Shown in pieces: positions 18,786 to 27,745 of a DNA stretch of 64,000 nucleotides. The DNA lies in contig OZ242311.1 of assembly GCA_965207885.1 (NCBI GenBank), forward strand, positions 2,272,001-2,336,000, written 5' to 3'. The translations under genes and the position numbers were made by a program. This DNA is from Candidatus Latescibacterota bacterium. Lineage in GTDB: Bacteria > Latescibacterota > UBA2968. Below the pieces are notes generated by a model. That model had not been told where the DNA came from, ran no database searches, and saw only the letters and a list, made by a program, of their open reading frames with translations. The first letter of the stretch is position 1, and every line of letters begins with the position of its first letter.

Positions 18786-18890
18786 TCTCTTATGGACTGC
18801 GATTTTTTGGCCAATGATTGAGTGTAGATCTGGGGTTGCTCAATACCATAGGAGACAGAGCATTTTCCCCCTGAAGCACTATACCGACAG

Positions 18891-19979
18891 ATGAAAGGGC
18901 TTGCCGTGCCTAAATTTCAAGCGAAGACTTTGCGCCGGATTGGTTACGAGCTTTTCGAAGCTGCCGGGTGTACGCCCGAGGACACGAGGACCGTCGTGGA
19001 CCACCTTGTCGAGTCGAATCTCTTCGGTCACGACTCTCACGGCGCCATCCGGTTCTACGAGTATGCCCGGGCGGTCCGGGAAGGGCGGTTCCAGCCCCGG
19101 GCGGTTCCGGTGGTCGTCGAGGAGTATCCCTGCTTGGCTGTTGTGGATGCGAAGGGGGCGATGGGACAGGTGGGCGCGACCTTTGCAGCAAAGCTGGCCA
19201 GTGAGAAGGCCCGGATACACGGCGTCGGTTGCGTCGCGCTGCGGAATACCAGCCATATAGGCCGGGCTGGTGCGTATCCGCTCATGGTCGCCCGGGAAGG
19301 ATTGATTGGTCTGATCTTTGTGAATGCCGGGCACCTGGGTTATCAGATCGCCCCTTTTGGGGGAATCGACGGACGCCTGAGCACCAATCCGATCGCATTT
19401 GCTGCCCCCCGACGGGAGGCAGAGCCGATTCTGGTGGACCTGACGACTTCGGTGGTGGCAGAAGGGAAGGTGCGGGTGGCGACCAACAGCGGGCACCAGG
19501 TCCCCGAGGGTTGGCTGATCGATTCGGAGGGGAATCCGACCGTGGATCCGGGAGATTTTTCGGCCGATCCGCCGGGCGCAATTCTCCCTATGGGCGGCGT
19601 GGTTGCCCACAAAGGCTTTGCGTTGAGCCTGGTGGTGGAGCTTTTGGGAGGCACTCTCAGCGGGCAGGGATGCGCTGCCGGCGAGCGCCAGATGATCAGC
19701 AACGGCGTGTTTTTGACGGTGTACGACATTGCGCACTTTACCGACCAGGAGGCCTACTACGACGAGGTGGAAGCATTGATCCGGCACGTGAAGTCGAGCC
19801 GCGTGGCCCCTGGATTTGAGGAAATCCTGCTGCCCGGAGAGCCGGAGTTCCGCAGCGCGACGCAGCGGAAGATGGAGGGGATCGAGGTAGATGATACGAC
19901 CTGGTCGATGATCTGCGAGGAAGCGCGCGCCGTCGGGCTGGAACCCCAGCGGTGGGAAGCCGAGCGGTGTGTCGGTTGA
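18891..19979 (+). CDS. Ldh_2-family (malate/L-lactate/ureidoglycolate-like) dehydrogenase
   Basis: GHDSHG, HIGR, STNPIAF, HKGFAL and LPGEPE. The start may be GTG 18906. Confidence 0.9.
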   Translation: MKGLAVPKFQAKTLRRIGYELFEAAGCTPEDTRTVVDHLVESNLFGHDSHGAIRFYEYARAVREGRFQPRAVPVVVEEYPCLAVVDAKGAMGQVGATFAAKLASEKARIHGVGCVALRNTSHIGRAGAYPLMVAREGLIGLIFVNAGHLGYQIAPFGGIDGRLSTNPIAFAAPRREAEPILVDLTTSVVAEGKVRVATNSGHQVPEGWLIDSEGNPTVDPGDFSADPPGAILPMGGVVAHKGFALSLVVELLGGTLSGQGCAAGERQMISNGVFLTVYDIAHFTDQEAYYDEVEALIRHVKSSRVAPGFEEILLPGEPEFRSATQRKMEGIEVDDTTWSMICEEARAVGLEPQRWEAERCVG

Positions 19980-20009
19980 GCGCGCTGGCTCCGGGAATGA
20001 AAAAGACAA

Positions 20010-20048
20010 ATGGGAGATATGGCCTTTAGCCGTGTCTCCCATTTTTTT
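20010..20048 (+). terminator. Intrinsic terminator after the Ldh_2 gene
   Basis: Stem ATGGGAGATATGGC / GCCGTGTCTCCCAT (with G-U pairs) followed by a T run. Confidence 0.8.
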
Positions 20049-20159
20049 AGCGATTAGAAAAGGCCAATAGCGTGTCCAGTTTTCAGATATACATCAGCTA
20101 TAGCTTTGCGAGGATCGGATTCGACAGGGTGAAGTTTGGGAAATGTCTCGGATTATAAT

Positions 20160-20188
20160 TTGCACCTTAAAACAAATTAGAGTATCTT
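20160..20188 (+). promoter_or_regulatory. Putative sigma70 promoter of the sigma54 activator gene
   Basis: TTGCAC-N17-TATCTT, then an AAGGA RBS before ATG 20213. Confidence 0.55.
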
Positions 20189-20525
20189 AAAAAACAAATA
20201 AGGAAAAGTGCTATGAATGCGATTTATCCTGAAACCGAATACAACTTCGTAATAGGCAAAAGTCCGCAAATGCGGGAAGTCTATCGCCAGATGCAAACGG
20301 CTGCTAAAGGGGCGGGAAGCGTGCTAATTGCGGGAGAGAGCGGCACCGGCAAAGACCTGATCGCTCAGTACATCCACCACAAAAGTGGTCGCGCCCCGAA
20401 TCCTTTTGTGCCCGTGAATTGCGGCGCTATTCCCAAAGAACTCTTTGAAAGCGAACTGTTCGGACACAAAAAAGGTTCTTTTACCGGCGCCGTAAACGAA
20501 ACCGCGGGCCTTTTCAGATCTGCTA

Positions 20526-21462
20526 GGTAGTGTCTGAAAAGTCGTAAAGTATGTATTTTAGTTGCAGCATACGCCCTAAACCAAGGAGTATGATATGCAA
20601 CGGAGATATGAACTGCGCGACGAGGCTTGGCATCTGATCCAAGACCTGTTCCCACCGCCGAAGAAGATGGGTCGTCCCCGTCGGGATGATCGTACATTAT
20701 TCAACGGGATCTTCTGGATATTGTGTTCAGGTGCAGCTTGGCGCGACCTGCCAGAACGATATGGTCCTTGGCAGACAGCCTTTGACCGATTCTGCAAATG
20801 GAAACAGGATGGCACCTTTGATCGCATTGTAGAAAAGCTACATCTCAAATTGGGTGAAGATGGTCTTTTAGATTATGCGACCTGGATGATGGATGCAACC
20901 CATATTCGAGCCACACAAGCCGCGGCAGGAGCGAAAAAAAAAGGGCAAAAAGGGTGAAGAAGAGCCCCCAGATCACGCTTTAGGACGCTCTCGTGGCGGT
21001 TTGACCACGAAAATCCATCTTCTTTGCGATGCAGTCGGGCATCCTTTAGCAGTGGATCTTCTCCCTGGTAACCAGTCAGAATCCACACAGGCTGAAAGGC
21101 TACTGTCAAAGGTATGCATACCCACCAAACGAGGGCGTCCAAGAAACCGACCCAAGTATCTGGTAGCTGATAAATCTTATGATGTCTCACGCATCAGAGT
21201 CTATCTACGCAAACGGGGTATCAAGGCTGCTATCCCAAACAAGGCGATTCCCAAAGGCAGAAAACGGCGTAAGAGAGGACCACGGCCTAAGTGTGATAAA
21301 AGATTATATGCCAAACGCAATATCGTGGAGCGTCTCTTTGGTTGGCTTAAACACTGCCGACGGATTGTGACCCGATTTGAAAAAAAGGCGACTCATTTTC
21401 TCACTATGGTCAAGCTGGCCTGTATCAGACAACTCTTCAAAGCTTACTTTTCAGACACTACC
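20526..21462 (+). mobile_element. IS5-family insertion sequence (IS427-like), 937 bp
   Basis: Perfect 17-bp terminal inverted repeats GGTAGTGTCTGAAAAGT, TA duplicated on both sides (20524-25 and 21463-64), two-ORF transposase. Confidence 0.93.
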
Positions 21463-21465
21463 TAA
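20595..21465 (+). CDS. IS5-family transposase split over two frames (orfA 20595-20957, orfB to 21465) at an A9 run
   Basis: orfA has WRDLPERYGPW and DATHIRA; orfB has GRSRGGLTTKIH, ADKSYD and RNIVERLFGWLK. GCG-A9-GGG lies at 20931-20945. Confidence 0.88.
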
Positions 21466-22923
21466 TACAGGGACCATCTTTCTGGATGAGATTACCGAAA
21501 TCCCGCTCGAGACCCAGGTCAAACTTTTGCGCGTTCTTCAAGAGAAGCGCATTCGACCTCTCGGAAGCACGGAAGAAATTCCCCTGGACGTCCAGGTCAT
21601 TGCAGCCACCAACCGCGACCTGGAGCAGGTGCTCTGGAACAGGAGCTTCCGGGAAGATCTCTATTACCGGCTCGGGGCAGTCACCATCTATATCCCACCC
21701 CTGCGGGAACATTTAGAAGATATTCCGGACCTGGTCGCCGCTTTCATCCAGAAGCTCAATCGACGCCTTAAACGCAACATCCTGGGCGTCCACCCGACCA
21801 TAATAGAACAGCTTACCAACTATTCCTGGCCCGGCAATGTGCGTCAGCTTGAAAACGTCATTGAAAATGCATATTTGTTTTCCAAAGGGAAGTGGATTAC
21901 CCGGCTGGGGGTGAAACTCGAAGAGGATATCCAATCTCTTGTGCGATCCACAGGACAAATTAGCATATCCCTGGACCCAGACGAATTTTATCTGCCGTCC
22001 AAAGTGATGTCAACCTCCTTGAGACGGAAAATTCAAAGTGCAGCAAAAAGTCCGACAGGCGTGTTGATCCAGGGAGAAGAAGGGACCGGATCCCTGATGG
22101 TTGGACGGGAAATCCACCGTCAGAGCTTCTATGCAAAAGGGCCTTTCGTCATCGTCAACTGCGATACGATTCCACCCGAACTTTTTGAAAAAGAGCTGTT
22201 CGGAAATTCTATTTTTGAAGATACACAAGGACATTTTGAAGGATATATGCACCAGGCCGAAAGCGGCACGCTCTATCTCAACGAAGTTACGGCCATACCG
22301 TACCGGATTCAGATGCTGCTGCTTAGCTTGTTCGAAGGAGACAGGATGCGTCCGACCGGGTTTTCCAGGGATCTTCCAAAAAATCTTTGCGTCATTGCCT
22401 ATACGTCGCAAGATCTGCATCGGGCCATGAAAGAGAAAAGCCTGTCTGTCGGATTCTATACCCGATTGAGTGGGTTTGTCATTCACATTCCGACTTTGCG
22501 GGAACAAAAAGAGAAAATTCCAGAATTCGCAGATTATTTTGTCAAATTATTCGCCACTCGGCAACAACGTCCGGCTCCTCGAATTCACGACGATGCACTG
22601 GCATCTCTTACGGCCTATCCCTGGCCGGGCAATCTACTGGAACTGCGCTTTGTTATCCAGGGTGCTCTTACTGCGGCGAACTTCGGCACAATTCAAAAAC
22701 ACCACCTGCCAGACCAACTGGGAATACACTGGCAGACGGATGGACACACAGACACACGGGGCAAACTCTACGATGTAGAGCAGGCTTTACTTCAAGAAGC
22801 ACTCCAAAAAGCCGATGGAAACAAAACCCAGGCTGCTCGACTTCTCGGTATCTCTCGGAAAAAGGTTTACAAAATGCTGGAAAGCGCAACCCTTCATTAT
22901 GAATCCGGGGTTTAATCTCTCAG

Positions 22924-22959
22924 TGTTTCTTTTCGAAACAACTGTATCCTGAGGGAACG
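22924..22959. promoter_or_regulatory. Candidate upstream activating sequences (enhancer) for the sigma54 activator
   Basis: Palindrome TGTTTC-N5-GAAACA (TGT-N11-ACA) at 22924-22940 and a degenerate copy at 22943-22959. About 150 bp from the -24 element once the IS is removed. Confidence 0.55.
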
Positions 22960-23037
22960 TACCAGATGCTTCTCGCCAAACTGGAATTCTCAAACCCTAT
23001 AGGAATTCTCCCTTCAATTCTATTTACATAAATATAT

Positions 23038-24235
23038 CATAGTACACGACAAAAAATAAAAGACCTGTGAAAAAAGCTAAAAAGAGTTAGGTTTGAATGT
23101 CCCAAGACAAACCTTTCTCATCTTAACAAGGCACAGGTCTATGTCTCCTGAAACTATTGAACTTCAAACGATTATGCAAGGATATTTTCACTGGCATAAA
23201 GCCCGAATAACGTTTACCGCTGCGTTCATATTGTCGCTGATAAAATTGCGTAGCGTCAATTTTATGAAACTGGCAAACGCACTCAATGGAACCGTCAAGC
23301 AGAAATCTAATTATCGTCGTATCCAACGCTTCTTTGCCCACTTTGCCTTACCCTATGCGTGTGTGAGACAATTGATCTTGCACTTATTACCTATAAAGTC
23401 GGATTTTATAGTCTCAATAGATCGCACCAATTGGAAGTTGGGAAAATTCAATATCAACATCCTAACCGCAGGCATTATCTATGAAGGGGTCGCCTTTCCT
23501 ATCTGTTGGCACTTGTTAAAAAAACGGGGCAATTCCAATAGTGATGAGCGTATCCATTTGATGCAAGAAATGCTCAACTGCATCTGCAAATCGCATATCC
23601 GCGTTGTCGTCGCAGACAGAGAATTTATTGGAAGAGAATGGTTTAGGTGGTTAGACACACAAAATATACCCTTTGTTATTCGCATCAAGGAAAACGCTCT
23701 TGTCTCATCAGGCGGTAGAGAGATCCCCATAAGAAAACGGTTTGAAAATCTTAATATCCATCAGCAGGTCAACTTGTGCAAACGCCACCGCGTTTATGAC
23801 CTGCCTGTATATCTGTCTGCACTAAGATTGAAGGACCAATACCTCATTCTTGCCAGCAACCAAAAAGGTCAAGCCGCATTGGATACCTATAAAAAACGAT
23901 GGGGCATTGAAGTCCTTTTTGCCAATCTTAAAAGTCGAGGATTTAATCTGGAAGAGACCCATCTTATACATCAAGACCGCATTGAGAAACTCATCGCGCT
24001 TTTGGCCATTGCCTGCATCTGGGCGCATATCATCGGCGAATGGATAGCAAAAACAAATCCTTTGACGATCAAAAATCACGGGCGGATGGAGAAAAGTCTC
24101 TTCCGATATGGGTTGGACTATTTGCAGTATGTCCTGCTCAATATAAACCAACAAACCCAACAGTTCCTCATATGCATTCGTTTACTGAGTAATCCGCCAC
24201 TGTTTAAAACAATTTAAGTTTTGTCGTGTACCATG
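23038..24235 (+). mobile_element. IS4-family insertion sequence (ISAba1/IS10-like), copy 1, 1198 bp
   Basis: Terminal inverted repeats CAT(A/G)GTACACGACAAAA; 9-bp TSD TAAATATAT at 23029-23037 and 24236-24244. Confidence 0.95.
23093..24217 (+). CDS. IS4-family DDE transposase
   Basis: IDRTNW, ADREF and Y-KRWGIE-LF-LK (YREK signature). The start may be ATG 23141. Confidence 0.93.
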   Translation: MNVPRQTFLILTRHRSMSPETIELQTIMQGYFHWHKARITFTAAFILSLIKLRSVNFMKLANALNGTVKQKSNYRRIQRFFAHFALPYACVRQLILHLLPIKSDFIVSIDRTNWKLGKFNINILTAGIIYEGVAFPICWHLLKKRGNSNSDERIHLMQEMLNCICKSHIRVVVADREFIGREWFRWLDTQNIPFVIRIKENALVSSGGREIPIRKRFENLNIHQQVNLCKRHRVYDLPVYLSALRLKDQYLILASNQKGQAALDTYKKRWGIEVLFANLKSRGFNLEETHLIHQDRIEKLIALLAIACIWAHIIGEWIAKTNPLTIKNHGRMEKSLFRYGLDYLQYVLLNINQQTQQFLICIRLLSNPPLFKTI

Positions 24236-24299
24236 TAAATATATATAAAATAACAGTCTAATTGTGCCAGACAAACTGATCTTCATTTTTTTCGTTGTC

Positions 24300-24315
24300 T
24301 GGCACTTTTTTTGCT
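24300..24315 (+). promoter_or_regulatory. Sigma54 (-24/-12) promoter for the uptake/catabolic operon
   Basis: TGGCAC-TTTTT-TTGCT with GG at 24301-02 and GC at 24313-14 (canonical spacing), in an AT-rich context downstream of a sigma54 activator gene. Confidence 0.8.
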
Positions 24316-24440
24316 TATATATTATATTAGATGAAAGAAAGTAATTTTTAGTGAATTGATTCAGCTACCTTAAAATTACACTTAATCCCTGCCAAATCTA
24401 CTGCCTCAATTTCTGTCCCGATTATCGCGAGGGATATACT

Positions 24441-24842
24441 TTGGACAGACGCATCTTGATTGTCTCCGAAGATTCCCGGCTGGTCTGGGACGTGAAAAAT
24501 CTTCTGTCTGGCGAACCTGTGGAACAGACTCAAGTGCGTTCCGGGCAGGCATGTCTGGATATGATTGTGAGTACTCCTGTAGAAATTGCCGTGATAGACG
24601 ACCGTCTCCAGGATATGCAGGCAGTGGATCTAATCAGAAATATCAAATCCACAGTGCCAGATATAATCGTCATCCTGGCTGCCTATAAACATTCTATCCA
24701 GCGGGAAATAGAGGCCAGGCGAGTTGGGGCTTTCTACTGTATCATCGGTCCCGGCGAATACGATACCCTCTACCAGTTTTTGCTACAGGCCATTGCGTTA
24801 GAAAGCAGACATCTTTTGAGGAAACATAGACAAAGGAGGTGA
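24441..24842 (+). CDS. Stand-alone atypical receiver (REC) domain protein
   Basis: RILIVSED...IAVIDDRLQDM...DLIRNIK...GAFYCIIGP pattern; TTG start with a GAGGGA RBS. Confidence 0.7.
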   Translation: MDRRILIVSEDSRLVWDVKNLLSGEPVEQTQVRSGQACLDMIVSTPVEIAVIDDRLQDMQAVDLIRNIKSTVPDIIVILAAYKHSIQREIEARRVGAFYCIIGPGEYDTLYQFLLQAIALESRHLLRKHRQRR

Positions 24843-24921
24843 TATCGCGTTTAACATAGCTACAATAGTCGCGATAGATGTGGACTCATCCTGATTACAC
24901 CAAATCCGAGAGGAGGCGTTT

Positions 24922-25632
24922 ATGATTCGATTCCGAAGTATTTTGTTTGGCGGAGTTCTCGTGTTGGCCCTGGGGGGAATCTCATTCGCCCAGGACTTTA
25001 CCCCTCGAGTGGGCGTCGCGGGGAATATTAGCGTGAACCTGCCTGTACTGGGACTCCGAACCTGGTTTACACAGGCCCCGCAATTCGGGGTCAATATTGT
25101 GTATCATCGCCATGCGCGGATAGAGGTGGAGTACGAATACCACCACGCCCGGTTTGACGGTGGGACTCTGGAGGATGCCGAGTTTATGTGGGCGCCTACC
25201 GGTACCACAGATCTTCAGTCTTACAAAAGTCCCAACGCGCAATCCAAGATGCGTTTTCACAGCTTTCTGGTCAACGGCGTCTTCTTTTTTGGCAAGCAAC
25301 TCAACGACCAAAAGGCTCGGCCTTATTTCACATTCGGGAGCGGTATGTATCACTATCGTACTACTGAAACAGGGCTGATCTTTCCAGGCCAAACGGGTAA
25401 TTCGTTGAACACCAGCATTGTTCTGGAATCCGACGGGGATGTCCGAACAACTGTCGGTATCAATTTCGGTCTGGGCGTTGCTTTCTATACATCCGATCGA
25501 TTCGCCCTTGATTTGCGTGGTCGATACCACATTATCATAGGTCAGTTGCGCCCCATGGAGGCGTGGGGATTGAAGCAGGTCTTTCCCTTCCATGCGCTGG
25601 ATCTGGGCATTCGCGTGAAGACCTACTTTTAG
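24922..25632 (+). CDS. Small outer-membrane beta-barrel protein
   Basis: Signal peptide, alternating beta-strands (RPYFTFGSG, GINFGLG, LDLRGRYH) and C-terminal Phe. Confidence 0.8.
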   Translation: MIRFRSILFGGVLVLALGGISFAQDFTPRVGVAGNISVNLPVLGLRTWFTQAPQFGVNIVYHRHARIEVEYEYHHARFDGGTLEDAEFMWAPTGTTDLQSYKSPNAQSKMRFHSFLVNGVFFFGKQLNDQKARPYFTFGSGMYHYRTTETGLIFPGQTGNSLNTSIVLESDGDVRTTVGINFGLGVAFYTSDRFALDLRGRYHIIIGQLRPMEAWGLKQVFPFHALDLGIRVKTYF

Positions 25633-27745
25633 GGGGAACACAATATGCGAGAATCAAAACGAATTCTCCTGTGGTGCATGACGCTGAGTCTGGTTCTGTT
25701 TGGCGCTGATTTGACATTCGCTGCCACTACGGGAAAGATTTCCGGTACTGTCAGAGATGCGCAGGGACAACCGCTTCCCGGAGCCAATGTGGTCGTCAAA
25801 GGGATGCGTTTGGGGGCTACCACAGACGCCGAAGGAATCTATTTTATTCTTACTGTACCACCCGGATTGCACACACTGACTGCATCTCTGGTGGGCTATG
25901 GAACGATCTCTCAAACCGATGTAAAAGTCGCCGTTGACCTGACTACGACGGTCGATTTCGCGCTGGAGGAAATAGCTCTACAGGCCACAGAACTGATTGT
26001 GATTGCCGAGCGTCCACCCGTGGAGCCGGACAAAACCACCAGCAAATACATCATGGGATCAGAGGATATCGAGTCACTTCCCATCATCAGAAGCGTCTCT
26101 GAACTCCTCGCTTTACAGCCCGGCGTTTTGCCGGAGGGAAACGACATGATTCGCGGAACTGGTGCCGCGGATGTGACCTATTACATAGATGGAATCCCCA
26201 TTGTGACCACCGATGGCGTGGGTGCATTTGACCGTTTCCAGTTTCAAAACACATCGGCTGTCCAGGAACTCACCATATTGACCGGAGGATGGGAGGCAGA
26301 ATATGGCAATGCCCAGGCCGGTATCATCAACCTGGTCACGCGGGAGGCAGGGGAAAACTATTCGGGACGATTGGAGTACAAGTTTGATCCTTCGGGCAAA
26401 AAACACTGGGGCAACGACGTTTACGACGCCCCTCAGTTTAGAGATAACTTGAAGTGGGGAGATGCCGCCTGGGAAAATGAGACAGATCCCGAAACGGGAC
26501 AAACTATTCACCAGCGGATCGATTATACCGATGCAGCAGGCCATTTCATAGAGGCGAATCTATCTGGACCACTTACGCCTGACGCCGGGCTATTCGTCAG
26601 TACGCGCTTTGATCGGTCCTCCCGTTCGTTTCCTTCCTCTTCCTCGCACACTCCTGGAAATACCCGCAATACAGTCAAGCTAAATTACAATATGTCAGAC
26701 AATGTAAAGTTCAAGCTCGGCGGATTCTACCATTGGAGCAAAGGGTGGAACAACGGCACCAGTTTGGGCAGAAGCGCCACGGCCGGTGCTATCCGAGGCC
26801 TGGGAGACGGTGGGAGAAACGTCTTTCTACCGGAAGGAAGTTCTGCGGGACGGTTCACGGATAGTGAGAGTTTGATCTACGTCTCTTTGACCCATACCCT
26901 GAGTCCAAAGACATTCTATGAAGCCAAAATATCGCGCTCTTTTTCCAAACAGGATACCAGCGATATTCCCGTAGCGACCCAGCCCCTGCGCAGGGATGCG
27001 GCCGGGTACTTCAACCTGTCGCGCGACGTGCGTGCCTACGAAATTTCAGCGCGCGCGCGTTACAACGTCAAGTTCGATATTTCCAGCCAGATCACGAGGG
27101 GACATCTGGTCAAGACCGGGATTGACTTCACCTATTCCGACGCCTGGGCATTTGGGGAGATTGGAGAAAACGAATCTCGCCGCGTCGTTGCCTTTTACTC
27201 AAAAGATGGGGCTTCAGATGGAAACTTTCAGCGGGGAATCAACCCTTTTCAGTGGGGACTCTATTTGCAAGATAAGATGGAATTCAGCGGCATGATCGTC
27301 AATGCAGGCGTTCGTCTGGATGGATTCCACAATGGAGAAAAAGGCTCCGCAGTTCCATCTTTTGAAACATCACCTATGTACAACAAACTCCGACATTTTC
27401 GAAACGCACCACGGGCAGACGCCGATGCCAAAATCGCGTTCAGCCCTCGATTGGGTGTTTCACATCCCATCACCGCTGCAAGCACCATCCGGTTTTTCTA
27501 TGGGAGATTTTACAAATTTCCGAATCTCTGGACGATGAATCGGCAGGTCTGGGTGGGGAGCTTTCCCGACATCGACATCAACGACAACGGACAGATCGAT
27601 CCCGAGGAGAGGTTCAATGATCTCGGAAAGGAAAACCAGATCGGCGTTGGAAACATGGCGACACCGCCCGAGAAAACCACCAGTTTTGAAGTGGGAACCG
27701 ACTGGAACGTGGTTTCGGACTATACCCTGTCGCTAACCGCCTACT

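Larger units (their letters stand above)
20213..22915 (+). pseudogene. Sigma54-dependent activator with two tandem AAA+ domains and a Fis HTH, interrupted by an IS5-family element
   Basis: Joining 20213-20525 to 21465-22915 gives an in-frame 587-aa protein (...GLFRSA-NTGTIFLDEI...). Domain 1 has GESGTGKD, ESELFGHKKGSFTGA and WPGNVR; domain 2 is degenerate; HTH is GNKTQAARLLGISR. Confidence 0.9.

Noticed and set aside
20116-20129. CGGATTCGACAGGG, resembling the 5' region of tmRNA
   Set aside because: No GGGG 5' end, no tRNA-like 3' end and no room for a tmRNA; a short match that is probably chance.
21377-22915. Independent 512-aa activator gene
   Set aside because: The first 29 codons come from the IS, and the protein lacks the Walker A and GSFTGA motifs, which are encoded left of the IS.
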